Made by a program: the position numbers and the translations under genes. 64,000 nucleotides of DNA from an uncultured Chloroflexia bacterium (GTDB lineage Bacteria; Chloroflexota; Limnocylindria; Limnocylindrales; CSP1-4), in assembly GCA_963734535.1 (NCBI GenBank), contig CAVTHS010000003.1, forward strand, positions 32,001-96,000, read 5' to 3'. The notes under the pieces were generated by a model. It had not been told where the DNA came from, did no database searches, and worked only from the letters and a program-made list of their open reading frames with translations. Positions 41,721-51,113 of the stretch are shown here, piece after piece; position 1 is the stretch's first letter; every line of letters begins with the position of its first letter.

Positions 41721-42833
41721 TCATCCCTGCGCGGCGCCCAGGTATCGCGCGAGATCGGGACCCGCCTCCGCGACGCGGTCCCGTCGCAGGCTGTAGTAGG
41801 TGAGCCCGCCGGTCTCGGTCATCGTCAGGAGGCCGGCCGCTCGAAGCTGGGCCAGGTGGTGCTTGACCGTTGGCTTGGAGAGCCCCATGCGCTCCGCGAT
41901 CTCGGTCAGGTAGAGATCCCCGTCCGCGAGGAAGCGGAGGATCCGCATCCGGCTCTCGTCGCCGAGCGCCTTGAAAAGGCGAACCGTCGCCGGGGGCACG
42001 CCGGCCGGGTCTCCGTCCAGCGCGGTCTCGGCAAGCGGGTAGGCGAACATGTGCCAGCCCTCGCCGGCGAAGACGTAGTTGTAGGGACGCGCGAAGTAGC
42101 TCGGCACGAGGTTGACCCGCCGGATGGCGGCATCGGGCGTCCAGCGGTAGCCGTTGGTGGCGCGCTCGATGAAGTCCTCGAGCGGCAGGCGCTCCAGGTC
42201 GCCGCGCCGCGCCGCGACGTCGCGCGCCTGCATCTGCGCAACGCGCGGCTCGACGGCCGCGAATCGCTCCTCCCAGGCGCGCAGGATGCGGCGGAGGGCC
42301 CGGAGCTCCGTCTCCGGCTCGCCCAGCAATCGATCGAGCGCCCCACGGAGCTCCTCCGGAGCGCTGGTCACCATCTCGTCGTGGAGCGCGAGCTCGCCCG
42401 CGAAATACCGATCGGCGAGCGCTCGCGTGGCGTCCAGCTCGTCGTCGTCGCAGGCGGAGCCGATGAGGTCCCGCGCGGAGACCCTGCCCGCGAGCGCGAC
42501 CACGTCCGCAGCGGTCCGCACGTCGCGATCCGCGATGACGAGCGGGATCAGCGCCCAGCCGGCGATCCCGCGTGCGCCCTCGTGGTGCTCGAAGACGCGC
42601 TGCCTGTCGCGCCGAAGGGGAGCGGAGAGCGATTCGTTCGCCGCCGCGCGCCACGCGGCGTCCGCGGGGAGGAGCTCCGGCTCCGTGTCCCCCACGAGGC
42701 TCACGAGGAAGTCGAGCGCTGTTCGCGCCTCCAGGACGACCTCCGGGCGCGTCGACCCACCGCGGGGAGACAGCTCGCGCACGAGCGCGCCGGGACGCCG
42801 GAGCAATGGGGTGGGGCTCTTGGAGACGGCCAT
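41721..42833 (-). CDS. Regulator with large N-terminal domain and C-terminal ArsR HTH
   Basis: FKALGDESRMRIL...TVKHHLAQLRAAGL at the C-terminus; LVPSYF motif. Confidence 0.85.
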   Translation of the reverse strand: MAVSKSPTPLLRRPGALVRELSPRGGSTRPEVVLEARTALDFLVSLVGDTEPELLPADAAWRAAANESLSAPLRRDRQRVFEHHEGARGIAGWALIPLVIADRDVRTAADVVALAGRVSARDLIGSACDDDELDATRALADRYFAGELALHDEMVTSAPEELRGALDRLLGEPETELRALRRILRAWEERFAAVEPRVAQMQARDVAARRGDLERLPLEDFIERATNGYRWTPDAAIRRVNLVPSYFARPYNYVFAGEGWHMFAYPLAETALDGDPAGVPPATVRLFKALGDESRMRILRFLADGDLYLTEIAERMGLSKPTVKHHLAQLRAAGLLTMTETGGLTYYSLRRDRVAEAGPDLARYLGAAQG

Positions 42834-42855
42834 CTCGTCTTGTTGATCTCCCGTG

Positions 42856-42875
42856 TGTTAGATAACTATCTAACA
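42856..42875. promoter_or_regulatory. Palindrome TGTTAGATA-AC-TATCTAACA, probable autoregulatory operator
   Basis: AT-rich 9-bp inverted repeat about 22 nt upstream of the regulator start. Confidence 0.7.
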
Positions 42876-43003
42876 TCATCCCGTCGGTGTCAAGGGGCAG
42901 ATCGCGCCCCACGGATTGCACCCGCCGGACTGCACGACGGACCGTCGCCCGTACAATCGGATGAGCCGCCGCGCGCCAATCCTCCCAGCTCCTCGAGGGC
43001 CGC

Positions 43004-44305
43004 ATGACCGTTCCGACCGTCCGCTATACCGACGAGCGCCTGCCCAACGGGCTCCGCCTCGTGATCAGCGAGGACCACCTGGTCCCCGTCGTTGCGGTCA
43101 ACATCTGGTACGACGTGGGCAGCAAGCACGAGCAGCCCGGCAAGACGGGTTTTGCCCACCTGTTCGAGCACGTCATGTTCCAGGGGAGCCGGCACGTCGC
43201 GAAGGCGGAGCACATCGCGCTCGTCCAGGCCGCGGGCGGGAGCATGAACGGGACCACCTGGCTGGACCGCACCAACTACTTCGAGACGATGCCCTCCCAC
43301 CAGCTGGAGCTGGCGCTCTGGCTGGAGGCTGATCGGATGGGGACGCTGCTCGAGGCGCTCAGCCAGGAGAACCTGGACAACCAGCGAGCGGTGGTCAAGA
43401 ACGAGAAGCGCTCGAGCTACGACAACCAGCCCTACGGGTCGTGGCAGGAGAAGCTCCTGGGGCACATCTACCCGGCGGGCCATCCATATCACCACCCGAC
43501 GATCGGCTCCATGGAGGACCTCGACGCGGCGTCGCTCGAGGACGTGGCCGCGTTCTTCCGGACCTATTACGCGCCGAACAACGCCGTGATCTCGATCGTC
43601 GGGGACGTGGACCCTGGCCAGGCCCGTGCGTGGGTCGAGCGGTACTTCGGGCCGCTGGCAGCCAACCCGGCGATTCCCGCCTTCAACCCGGACCCGCTGC
43701 CGCTGACGCTGGGCGGGGAGCGCCGGGAGACCGTCCCGGACCGCGTCCCGCTGCCGCGCATCTACGTCGGCTTCCGCGCCCCGACGATCGGCGATCCGCG
43801 CCTCTACGCGCTCGAGATCGCGGCGCAGGTGCTTGCCGGGGGCAAGGGCAGCCGGCTGCACCGGCGGCTGGTCCGCGACGAGCAGATCGCCCAGGACGTC
43901 GCCATGTTCGGCCTCGGCTTCTCCTCGGGGCCGTCCGTCTTCATGGGCTGGGCGACCGTTCGCCCGGACTCGACGATCGAGGCGGTCGAAGCTGCTCTCT
44001 TCGACGAGCTGGCGCGGATCGGGATCGAACCCGTCAGCGACGACGAGCTTGCCCGCGCAAAGGCGCTCATCGAGACGGACGAGCTCGCGGCGCTGCAGCG
44101 AGTCAGCGAGCGCGCGGACCGCCTGAGCATGTACGCCACCCTGCTCGACGATCCGGACCAGGTCAACCGCCAGCTGGAGCGGTATCTGGCCGTCACGGGC
44201 GAGGATGTCCGCGCGGCCTGCGCGGAGCTCCTCGTCGCCACGAACCGCGTGGTCCTGACCTACGTTCCGGCCGATGCCGGGACCCGATCCGCGGAGGCGG
44301 CATGA
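43004..44305 (+). CDS. M16 (pitrilysin) peptidase, catalytic subunit
   Basis: GFAHLFEHVMF (HxxEH), NGTT..DRTNY, YYAPNNA. Confidence 0.93.
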   Translation: MTVPTVRYTDERLPNGLRLVISEDHLVPVVAVNIWYDVGSKHEQPGKTGFAHLFEHVMFQGSRHVAKAEHIALVQAAGGSMNGTTWLDRTNYFETMPSHQLELALWLEADRMGTLLEALSQENLDNQRAVVKNEKRSSYDNQPYGSWQEKLLGHIYPAGHPYHHPTIGSMEDLDAASLEDVAAFFRTYYAPNNAVISIVGDVDPGQARAWVERYFGPLAANPAIPAFNPDPLPLTLGGERRETVPDRVPLPRIYVGFRAPTIGDPRLYALEIAAQVLAGGKGSRLHRRLVRDEQIAQDVAMFGLGFSSGPSVFMGWATVRPDSTIEAVEAALFDELARIGIEPVSDDELARAKALIETDELAALQRVSERADRLSMYATLLDDPDQVNRQLERYLAVTGEDVRAACAELLVATNRVVLTYVPADAGTRSAEAA

Positions 44306-45711
44306 ACCGCTCTGATCCCGTCGAGGCTGCGCTCGGCGTTCGGCCCGTCCCCGGCACGCCGCGGCCGTTCACGTTCCCCGCGGCCACGCGCGGCCGGCTT
44401 TCGGGTGGCCTGCCGCTCGTGACGGTTCACCTGCCAGGCCGGCCGCTCGTGTCGGCCAGCCTCTACCTTCCGAACGGCGCGGTGGACGAGCCCACCGACG
44501 AGGGCGGCGCCACCGTGCTGGCGGCCCGCGCGCTCACCGAGGGCACCCGTCACCGGGACGCCGTGGCGCTGACCGAGGCCGCCGAACGACTCGGAGCCTC
44601 GCTGCGCGCCGAGGCCGGATGGGACGCGACCGTCGTTGGTGTTGACGTGCCATCGGAGCGGCTGGGTCCGGCGCTCGAGCTCCTTGCCGAGATCGTCCGC
44701 GAGCCAGCGTTTCCCGAGCGGGAGGTTGAGCGGCTGCGGGACCAGCGCCTCAACGACCTGCTCCAGGCGAAGGCCGACCCGGCCCGCCGCGCCGAGGAGG
44801 CCTTCATCCAGACGATCTACGCGACCGGGACACCCTATTCCCGGGTTGCCGGGGGTCGACGGGAGACCGTCGAGACGCTCGACGCGAGCATCCTCCGGCG
44901 AGCCTTTGCGCGTCTGGGCGACCCGGGCCGCGCCGCCCTCATTGTTGGCGGCGACCTCGGGGGCATCGACGTCGCCGGGATCACCGAGCCGCTCTTCGGC
45001 GACCTGGCGGCCGGCGCTGCCGCCGCCGGCGCGATGCCCGTCCTGCCGGTCATCGGCGACGGGCTCGATCGGACGAGGGTGCGTCTCGTCCACCGGCCGG
45101 GCGCGGTCCAGTCCGAGCTTCGCGTTGGCCACCTCGGCCTGCCGCGCCGGGCGCCGGACTATCACGCGGTCACGGTCATGGCCATGATCCTTGGGGGGCT
45201 CTTCAACTCGCGGCTCAACATGAAGCTGCGGGAGGAGAAGGGATACACCTACGGCGCCGGCGCCGGCTTCGACTTCCGGCGCTTCGCGGGACCCTTCTCG
45301 GCGAGGGCGGCGGTGAACACGGACGCGACGGTCCCGGCCCTGGTCGACCTTCTCGCGGAGCTGCGCCGTATCCGCGAGGCGGCGCCGACCGATGCCGAGA
45401 TGCGCGCCGCCCGGGACTACCTGGTCGGCGTCTTCCCGCTCCGCTTCGAGACGCCGGGGCCGATCGTGGGCGCGCTCGGCGGGATCGTGACGTTCGGCCT
45501 CCCGGACGACGAGCTGGACCGCTACCGGCCGGCGATCAACGCGGTGACCGCCGCCGAGGTGCTTGCAGCCGCACGTGCCCACCTCCACCTCGAGCGGCTG
45601 GCGGTGGTCGTCGTGGGCGACGCGGACGCAGTCGGGGCCGACCTCCAGGAGGCCGGCATCGGCGAGGTCGAGGTGGTTCGCGAGGCAGAGCCGCTCGCCG
45701 ACGAGGCCTGA
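44302..45711 (+). CDS. M16 peptidase non-catalytic partner subunit
   Basis: ATGA overlap; LGGLFNSRL..KLREEKGYTYG; no HxxEH. Confidence 0.9.
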   Translation: MNRSDPVEAALGVRPVPGTPRPFTFPAATRGRLSGGLPLVTVHLPGRPLVSASLYLPNGAVDEPTDEGGATVLAARALTEGTRHRDAVALTEAAERLGASLRAEAGWDATVVGVDVPSERLGPALELLAEIVREPAFPEREVERLRDQRLNDLLQAKADPARRAEEAFIQTIYATGTPYSRVAGGRRETVETLDASILRRAFARLGDPGRAALIVGGDLGGIDVAGITEPLFGDLAAGAAAAGAMPVLPVIGDGLDRTRVRLVHRPGAVQSELRVGHLGLPRRAPDYHAVTVMAMILGGLFNSRLNMKLREEKGYTYGAGAGFDFRRFAGPFSARAAVNTDATVPALVDLLAELRRIREAAPTDAEMRAARDYLVGVFPLRFETPGPIVGALGGIVTFGLPDDELDRYRPAINAVTAAEVLAAARAHLHLERLAVVVVGDADAVGADLQEAGIGEVEVVREAEPLADEA

Positions 45712-45917
45712 CGCGCGACGGCTGGGCGCCCCGGCAGGCCGCCCAGGTGACGGACGACGCCTGGCGCGGGCACGGCCGTGGCTCGGTGACGCGGCATTTC
45801 TGAAACCTTCTCGTGTACCCCGGCCTCAGACGGGTAGCGAGGTCGAAAGCAGCGCCCGGCCGCGAGCAACCGGCACAGCGCCGCGAACCACCCGGCGCAT
45901 CGAAAGCGTGAACGAAC

Positions 45918-46529
45918 ATGGATCGCTACAGCGCAAGCCTCATTCGCGGCGTGGCCGCGGCGGGAGTGGCCCTCTTCCTCGTCGCGGGTGCGGCGTTCGC
46001 GGCAAACGCGGTGATGGGCTCCCCCCACAGCACGTCCCGAGCTTTCGTCCCCGCGGCGGCGACCTCGCAGTCCGACGCCTCGAAGGTCGAGGTGACCGAA
46101 CACGCGACGGCCGAGCCGCGCGGTGCGGCCGAAGGTACCGGGAAGGCCGAACCGACCGAGACGCCGGATGCCACGACGGGGACGGCCAAGCCGGGCGAGA
46201 AGGCCGAAGGCACCGAGAAGGTCGAAGACACCCACGGGGCCGAAGGCACCGAGAAGTCCGAAGACACCCGGAAGGCCGAGCCGACCAGGTCTCCCAATGC
46301 GACCCGGACGGCAGAGCCGGCCGAGACGCGTGACGTCGAGGACCAGTCCGGCGACAACACCCAGCAGCGCCGGGACGACGGCGACGACGAGCACGCCGGC
46401 GCCCGGGCCACCCCGACGGCCGGTGCGCCGACGTCCGGCTCGGCGGCGACGCCCGAGCCGGCCCACTCGCACGGTGGCCGCGGCTCCGGCGACCGTGGCA
46501 ACGGCTCCGCCGATAGCGGCAACGGGTAA
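45918..46529 (+). CDS. Secreted low-complexity acidic protein
   Basis: Signal peptide ending AFA/ANA; repeats AEGTEKVED/AEGTEKSED; tail HSHGGRGSG. Confidence 0.7.
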   Translation: MDRYSASLIRGVAAAGVALFLVAGAAFAANAVMGSPHSTSRAFVPAAATSQSDASKVEVTEHATAEPRGAAEGTGKAEPTETPDATTGTAKPGEKAEGTEKVEDTHGAEGTEKSEDTRKAEPTRSPNATRTAEPAETRDVEDQSGDNTQQRRDDGDDEHAGARATPTAGAPTSGSAATPEPAHSHGGRGSGDRGNGSADSGNG

Positions 46530-46574
46530 CAGTCCGGCATCGGCACGTTCAATACGACGCGGGAGGCGGGCCAT

Positions 46575-47330
46575 GTGGCGCACGACGGCACGCGCGGCGT
46601 ATCGTCTCGTGGCCAGCGTCCCGGCGCCGGTGATGGACGTCCCCACCAAGGAGCCCGCCCGATCGACGCGCCGCGCGACCCCGTCCCGATCGACACGCCC
46701 GGCACCGACACGCCGAGGGACGACCTCGAGGCGCGTCGGGTCGTCGCTGCGGTGCTCGAGGGCGATCCGGACGCGTTCCGGACTCTCGTGGAGCGCGAGT
46801 CTCGGACGCTCGTTCGCAGCTGCTACCGCGTTCTCGGCGACCTCCACGACGCCGAGGACGCAGCCCAGGAGGCATTCGTGACGGCGTATCGGGCGCTCGG
46901 GACGTGGCGCGGCGACGGGCCCTTCGGCGCGTGGCTCGCCCGGATCGGCGTCCGGATCGCGCTTCGGAAGGCATCCCGGCGACGGCCCGTGGTGTGGATC
47001 GATCCGCACCCGGTAGCGGCCGACGGCGGCAGCGATGAGCGCGTTGCAGCGAACACGGTCGGGGAGCGTGCCCTGCTGGGCGCCCTCGGCCGGGCCGAGG
47101 CTGATCCCGCCCAGCTCTTCGCGCGAGCCGAGCGCGCGGCGTCGATCCGGGCTGCCGTGGCCAGCCTGGACGAGCCGTACCGCGAGGTCATTGCGCTCCG
47201 CTTCTTCTCCGAGCTCTCGCTGGCCGAGATCGCCGAGGAGGCAGGTCGGCCCCTCGGAACGGTCAAGACACATCTCCACCGCGGCCTCCGGCGGCTGCGC
47301 CGCGCTCTCGATACGGAAGGCGTGGCCTGA
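46575..47330 (+). CDS. ECF sigma-70 factor
   Basis: GDPDAF, DAEDAAQEAF, FGAWLARI, PLGTVKTHLHRG. Confidence 0.9.
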   Translation: MAHDGTRGVSSRGQRPGAGDGRPHQGARPIDAPRDPVPIDTPGTDTPRDDLEARRVVAAVLEGDPDAFRTLVERESRTLVRSCYRVLGDLHDAEDAAQEAFVTAYRALGTWRGDGPFGAWLARIGVRIALRKASRRRPVVWIDPHPVAADGGSDERVAANTVGERALLGALGRAEADPAQLFARAERAASIRAAVASLDEPYREVIALRFFSELSLAEIAEEAGRPLGTVKTHLHRGLRRLRRALDTEGVA

Positions 47331-48151
47331 TGGCCGGTGCGCAGCGACCCGGCCAGTTCCGGCCGGGCGAGCTGGACAGGGCCGACCTGGGCCCCGGCAT
47401 CGAAGCCGAGCTGCTCGGCGCGGCTCGCGAGCTCGAGTGGCTCGCCCTGAGCGAGGATGTCGGCCCGGGTCCCGACTTCGTGGGAACGGTCATGGCCGCC
47501 GTGAGCCGCGAGCCGGCCCCGCGCCCCGTCGCCGCGGCGCTCGGCGCCGCCCGTCGTCGAAGCCCGCTCGCCGCGCTGTCCGCCATCGGCGATCTCTGGC
47601 GGGTCGCGTTCACGGGCGGCCGCCCGCTGGCCGCGCGCTTCCCGGCGATGGCGCTCGTCGTGCTGCTCGTCCTCGGTTCGGTGGGCGTCGGAGCGATCGG
47701 CGCCGGCGCGCTGGGCGGATTGGTGAGCCGCGGGCCCGAGGCCACGCCCAGCCTGTCTCCCGCGACGACGGCGTCCCCCTCGGCGTCGTCGGCCAGCCCG
47801 TCGCCCTCGCCGTCGCCGACTGCAAGCGAATCGCCCGAGGCGAGCGCTCAGCCAGCGCCCTCCCAGAGTCCGCAACCGTCAAGTACCCTCGAGCCGTCGG
47901 TGACTCCGAACCCAACACAGGACCGCACGGCGCAACCGACCGACACTCCGCGACCGACCAACCGGCCGACCCAGACGCCGAAGGCCACGGGGACGCCCGA
48001 GCCATCCCCGAGCCCGTCGCCGACCGAGCCATCCCCGAGCCCGTCGCCGACCGAGGTCCCGAGCCCGACGCCGCGCGAGGTCCCGAGCCCGAGCGTCACG
48101 CCGCGGCCGACGGAGACGCCCGAACCCAGCTCGGGTCACGGCGGCGGATAG
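47330..48151 (+). CDS. Putative single-TM anti-sigma factor with Pro/Ser/Thr-rich tail
   Basis: Coupled to the sigma gene; PDFVGTVMAAV, one TM helix, PTEPSPSPS repeats. Confidence 0.7.
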   Translation: MAGAQRPGQFRPGELDRADLGPGIEAELLGAARELEWLALSEDVGPGPDFVGTVMAAVSREPAPRPVAAALGAARRRSPLAALSAIGDLWRVAFTGGRPLAARFPAMALVVLLVLGSVGVGAIGAGALGGLVSRGPEATPSLSPATTASPSASSASPSPSPSPTASESPEASAQPAPSQSPQPSSTLEPSVTPNPTQDRTAQPTDTPRPTNRPTQTPKATGTPEPSPSPSPTEPSPSPSPTEVPSPTPREVPSPSVTPRPTETPEPSSGHGGG

Positions 48152-48210
48152 GCAAGGTATCGCCGGAATCTGCCCGCCGGCGCGCGCCGTTCCCCTGCTA
48201 GGCTGATCGC

Positions 48211-48912
48211 GTGCTCGCCGTCGTCGGTTCGCCATGCTTCCAGCCCGCGCTGACACCCGGCGCGGCGGGTGACGCAGGCGGGCTCGCCGCCGGCATCGCT
48301 CGGGCGGCCGCCGCCGTCGGCATCCAGGTGCAGCTGATCGGAAAGGTCGGTGACGATCCATCCGGCGACGCGGTGCTCATCGCGCTTGGCAGGTGCGGCG
48401 TCGGACACGTCGCGCTGCTCCGGGACCCGGGCCGCGCGACCCCGATCGCATCGCCGCTCGTCCCGTTCGCGGATGGCGCGGACACGGAGCCGATCGCCGC
48501 ATTCCTCGCAGAGGACCGCGCGGATGCTCCCGGCGAACCGGGCGAGATCCTGGCTCCCCGGGGACCCGCAGGGCTCGCGATGGACCCCGACGACATCTCG
48601 CTCGGGCTGCGCTACGTCCGCGAGTTTCGCGTGCTCGTCGCGGCGGATCCGCTCGACGAGACGTCGTCCCTGGTCGTCGCCGACGCCGCGTCGTTCGCCG
48701 ACGCCGCGCTCATCGTGATCGCCCCGCCGGGAGTGATGTTCCCGGTCGCCCCTGCATCCGCGACGGTCCTCGAAGCGCCCGAGATCGACCCGGACGGGGC
48801 GTTCGCCGCGCTCGTCGGCCGGCTCGCCGCTGCCCTGGATCGTGGCGAGGACGCTGGGGAGGCGTTTCGATCGGCTGCGTCGCAGGGTGGCTGGGAGCGC
48901 GCAACCGGCTGA
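48211..48912 (+). CDS. Degenerate PfkB/ribokinase-like protein
   Basis: GGLAAGIA, IGKVGDDPSGD. Canonical DTTGAGD is degenerate. Confidence 0.6.
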   Translation: MLAVVGSPCFQPALTPGAAGDAGGLAAGIARAAAAVGIQVQLIGKVGDDPSGDAVLIALGRCGVGHVALLRDPGRATPIASPLVPFADGADTEPIAAFLAEDRADAPGEPGEILAPRGPAGLAMDPDDISLGLRYVREFRVLVAADPLDETSSLVVADAASFADAALIVIAPPGVMFPVAPASATVLEAPEIDPDGAFAALVGRLAAALDRGEDAGEAFRSAASQGGWERATG

Positions 48913-48986
48913 CCGAGCAATCGGCAGAGCGCGCGACGGGTTGCGCGTCGTCGCGCCGGCGCGGTCGGGCCGGCCGCGCAGCCAGG

Positions 48987-49712
48987 TCAGCCGAGGGTCA
49001 GCTGGCGCCCACCCGGCTCGGGGCCGAGCGGGCCAAGGGGCACAACGAGGTCGGGACCCTCGTTGCGAGCGTTGTTCACGCGCTTCGTCACGGGGTACCG
49101 GAGCAGCAGGTCGTCAGGCGCGGGCCGCAGCAGGCGCAGGAGCGCCGCGGGTTCCGGGGCCGCGGGGTCCAGCCAGGCACCCCAATCGGCTGCCGAGAGG
49201 ATCACCGGCATTCGGTCATGGATCGGCGCGAGCGTCGCGTTCGCGGTGGTCGTCACGATCGTGAACGTGCGGAGCCATGCGCTCTCGGGATCCGCAGGGT
49301 CGCGCCACGGCGACCAGAGCCCGGCGAACGCCATGGGCTCCCCGTCGGACCGCCGAATCAGGTTCGGCTGGCGGATGGACTCGGCGACGCGCTCCCACTC
49401 GTAGAACGCGTCCGCGGGCACGAGGCAGCGCCGCTTCTGGAACGCGCTCCGGAAGGCCGCCGCCGTCGCGACGGTCTCCGCGCGGGCGTTGATCAGGCGG
49501 TTGCCGATCTTCGCGTCCTTCGCCCACGTCGGCACCAGCCCCCACCGGTATGAAGCGAGCGCGCGACCCTCGTCAGGGCGCTCCACGACCACGAGCCCGG
49601 CCTGCTGCGGCGCGAGGTTGAAACGGCCGCCGGGCGTCGCGGCCAGGTCGTCGGCCGCGAACAGGGCAGCCAGCTCCGCGCTCGGGCGCTGCTGCGTGAA
49701 TCGGCCGCACAT
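48987..49712 (-). CDS. SRAP (HMCES/YedK-like) abasic-site protection protein
   Basis: MCGRF N-terminus, FNLAP, WGLVP, INARAET, FYEW, HDRMP. Confidence 0.95.
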   Translation of the reverse strand: MCGRFTQQRPSAELAALFAADDLAATPGGRFNLAPQQAGLVVVERPDEGRALASYRWGLVPTWAKDAKIGNRLINARAETVATAAAFRSAFQKRRCLVPADAFYEWERVAESIRQPNLIRRSDGEPMAFAGLWSPWRDPADPESAWLRTFTIVTTTANATLAPIHDRMPVILSAADWGAWLDPAAPEPAALLRLLRPAPDDLLLRYPVTKRVNNARNEGPDLVVPLGPLGPEPGGRQLTLG

Positions 49713-49767
49713 GGCCGGAGTCTAGCAGTGGCGGCGGACGGCTCCGCCTTCTGCTACGGTCCTCCCG

Positions 49768-51027
49768 ATGAGCGGACCCACCACGTCCAACCCGGAGATC
49801 GCGGGCCCCCTCGACCGCGGGACGGCGGAGGCGCTCCTCGCCCGAGCGGATGTGCTGCTGGCAGCCAGCGAGTTCGACGCCGCTCGCGCCCACTACGCGC
49901 GCCTGATCGGCTTCCCCGACCCGGCCATCACGGGCGCCGCGCTGCTCGGGACGGGCGAGTCGCTCTTCCGGCTCGACGACGAGGCCGGCGCGCTCTGGAG
50001 CTGGGAGCAGGTCACGCGCCTGCCGGAGAATCCCTCGGCCTATGCCGCATGGCGCCAGGTCGCCGCGGCCCGGGTCCGTGCCGGCTCGCTGCGGACGGCA
50101 TTCGATGCCTACAAGGAGGCCGAGCGGCGCGCCCCGGCGCAGGACCGGGCAGAGATCGCGTCGCGCCTCGGCTGGCTCAGCCGGGAGCTGGGCGACTCGC
50201 GCGGGGCCGGCCGCTACTTCGCGCGAAGCCGCGGCCGGGAGCGGACGCCGATCGTGAGCTACGCGATCCTGGGGATCACCGTCGTCGTCTCATTCCTGGC
50301 GCTGCAGCCCGAGGGAAGCGAGCTGCTGCGGCTGCTCGAGCTGGACAAGGGCCTCGGGAACGGGGAGTGGTGGCGGCTGGTGAGCCCGGTGCTGGTCCAC
50401 GGGAGCATCATCCACCTCGCCTTCAACATGTACTTCCTGTACCTCGTGGGCCCACTCGTGGAGCAGCTCTACGGCTCCGCCCGCTTCCTGGTCCTGTACG
50501 TGCTCACCGCAGCGGCGGCGTCGCTGGCAAGCTTCCTGCTGGGCCCGGGGCCCAGCGTCGGAGCGTCCGGCGCGCTCTTCGGCCTGTGCGGGGTCCTGCT
50601 GGTCGGACGAGCGCTCCATCGCCCCGTGCTCCAGGGCCAGCAGCGGGCGATCATGAGCCAGATCGGATTCCTCGTCGTGATCAACCTCGTCTTCGGGTTC
50701 GGGTTCAACTCGCTCGGGGGGAACGTCGACAACTTCGCCCACCTCGGTGGCCTGGCCGGCGGACTCTGGCTGGGCCTGCTGATCCCGCCCATCGGCGCGT
50801 CGGACCTGCCGCCCGTTGGGCGGCGCTCCGGCGGCGGCATGCCGGGTTCCCGGACGTCCCAGGTTGAGGCGGCGGCCACCACGGACCGCGCTGCAGTCGT
50901 CGCCGGGACGAACGCGGCGATCCGCGTGGGCGGGCTGACCCTCGGGCTCCTGCGCTGGGCGGGCGTCGCGGCGTTCGTGGTGGTGATCCTCGCAGGCGTC
51001 GTGCTCGGCGGCGGCAGGCACGCGTAG
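49768..51027 (+). CDS. TPR-like domain plus rhomboid intramembrane serine protease
   Basis: Helical TPR-like N-terminus; WWRL, HLAFNM, GASGA, AHLGG. Confidence 0.88.
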   Translation: MSGPTTSNPEIAGPLDRGTAEALLARADVLLAASEFDAARAHYARLIGFPDPAITGAALLGTGESLFRLDDEAGALWSWEQVTRLPENPSAYAAWRQVAAARVRAGSLRTAFDAYKEAERRAPAQDRAEIASRLGWLSRELGDSRGAGRYFARSRGRERTPIVSYAILGITVVVSFLALQPEGSELLRLLELDKGLGNGEWWRLVSPVLVHGSIIHLAFNMYFLYLVGPLVEQLYGSARFLVLYVLTAAAASLASFLLGPGPSVGASGALFGLCGVLLVGRALHRPVLQGQQRAIMSQIGFLVVINLVFGFGFNSLGGNVDNFAHLGGLAGGLWLGLLIPPIGASDLPPVGRRSGGGMPGSRTSQVEAAATTDRAAVVAGTNAAIRVGGLTLGLLRWAGVAAFVVVILAGVVLGGGRHA

Positions 51028-51113
51028 CGGCGCTCCCGACCTCGACGTGGGAGCCGGATCGCGATGTCCGATTCCCGCGAGCGCAGGCTCGCCGCCCGTG
51101 CGATCCTCCCGGC

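Noticed and set aside
51064-51081. ATGTCCGATTCCCGCGAG as a possible Ada-binding site upstream of alkA
   Set aside because: Position is plausible, but I cannot verify it against a defined consensus.
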